A stretch of 62,995 nt of DNA, the filler included, from Octopus bimaculoides (Eukaryota): assembly GCF_001194135.2 (NCBI RefSeq). It is 5 parts of 5 records of this genome, joined end to end, with 100 filler letters (N's around TTAATTAATTAA, not from the genome) between each part and the next. Parts side by side here need not be neighbours in the genome. Positions count along the whole stretch, not along the records: positions 61,421 to 62,995 come from NW_026368101.1; 4 more parts are not named here. One strand, 5' to 3'. The notes under the pieces were generated by a model, which saw only the letters and a program-made list of their open reading frames with translations, searched no databases and was not told the DNA's origin. This document shows, in pieces, positions 62,070 through 62,995 of the stretch. The translations under genes were made by a program, and so were the position numbers. The stretch's first letter is position 1, and each line of letters begins with the position of its first letter.

Positions 62070-62450
62070 CTTGCAGGGTTGGCAACAGGAAGGGTATCCA
62101 GTCATAGAAAATTCACTTCAATCAGCTCTGTCCAACCCATGCATACATTATCATCATCATCATCAACATTTAGCGTCAGCTTTCCATGCTGGCATGGCTG
62201 GACGGTTTGACTGGAACTGGTAAGCCGGAGAGCTGCATCAGGTTCCAGTCTGATTTGGCAGAGTTTCTACAGCTGGATGCCCTTCCTAATGCCAACCACT
62301 CTAAGAGTGTAATGAGTTCCTATTATGTGCCACTGGGACAGCTGCCAGTTACATGACACCAGCATCAGCCACAACTACAATTTCACTTGGCTTGATGAGT
62401 CTTCTCAAGCATGGCATATTGCCAAAGGTCTCAGTCACTTGTCACTGCCT
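62070..62450. mobile_element. Tail-to-tail pair of retroposon 3' ends around a (CAT)n tract
   Basis: ggttggcaacaggaagggtatccagtcatagaaa (plus, from about 62077) versus tttctacagctggatgcccttcctaatgccaacc (minus copy, about 62264-62297). Confidence 0.6.
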
Positions 62451-62995
62451 CTGATGGAGATGATGACAATGATGGAGATGATGATAATGATGGTGATGAT
62501 CACTCACACACACACACACATGACAGACTTCCACACCAGTTTCTGTCTACCAGATTTCACTCAGAAGGCATTGGTCCATTCAAGGTTGCCCAAAGTGCCA
62601 CACAAAAGTACAGAATTTGATGCCATGCGGTTGCGAAGTGGACGACACAACCACACAGCCTCTGGTATCTTAACAAAACCTGACAATATCAAGTGATATC
62701 AAGAACACCATTCTAATTAACAAAATACCAAGATATTCTCAAATATCCACAAAAACATCTTAATGAAATATTTAAAAAAACATCTTAATGAAATATTTAA
62801 CGATGTTTTAATTAAATTGCTAAAATCAAGGAATGTCAACACTGCTGGTCTAATTTTCATAATATTCAAATATTCTGAAATATCCAAGAATACATTAATG
62901 CAATATTGGAGAAAACCTTCCTGCCTGTATATGATGGGTGTAGAGAGACTCTCACAACATCTCCCTCTATCTAAAGGACAGGAGTTGTACAACAA

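Overview
AT-rich, repeat-dense animal genomic DNA with many N gaps. The SINE families and microsatellite load point to an octopus or related coleoid cephalopod (inference from remembered repeat families, not a search). Most of the window is transposon-derived: a 3'-truncated L1/Tx1-type LINE (2.7-6.6 kb), five Tc1/mariner relics, four RTE fragments, three tRNA-derived SINE families (one with a CORE-like domain), two LTRs, several MITE or foldback elements and Helitron-like termini. A chain of six phase-compatible exons on the minus strand (18710 to 14341) gives a 157-aa C-terminal fragment with hydrophobic segments; I cannot name the protein, and further candidate exons lie upstream. The most notable signal is a set of minimal type I hammerhead ribozyme motifs in at least four unrelated repeat families. 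They occur as back-to-back inverted pairs (6734-7113, 7727-8257), as tandem ~205-bp units (19138-20512) or as single copies (286-332, 40497-40533), and include one fully canonical core (8153-8201) and a family-conserved CUGUUGA variant. Also notable is a mariner whose first catalytic-Asp codons were amplified into a 24-25 bp minisatellite that then received a 165-bp solo LTR with a 5-bp TSD. All alignments, translations and folds were done by eye.
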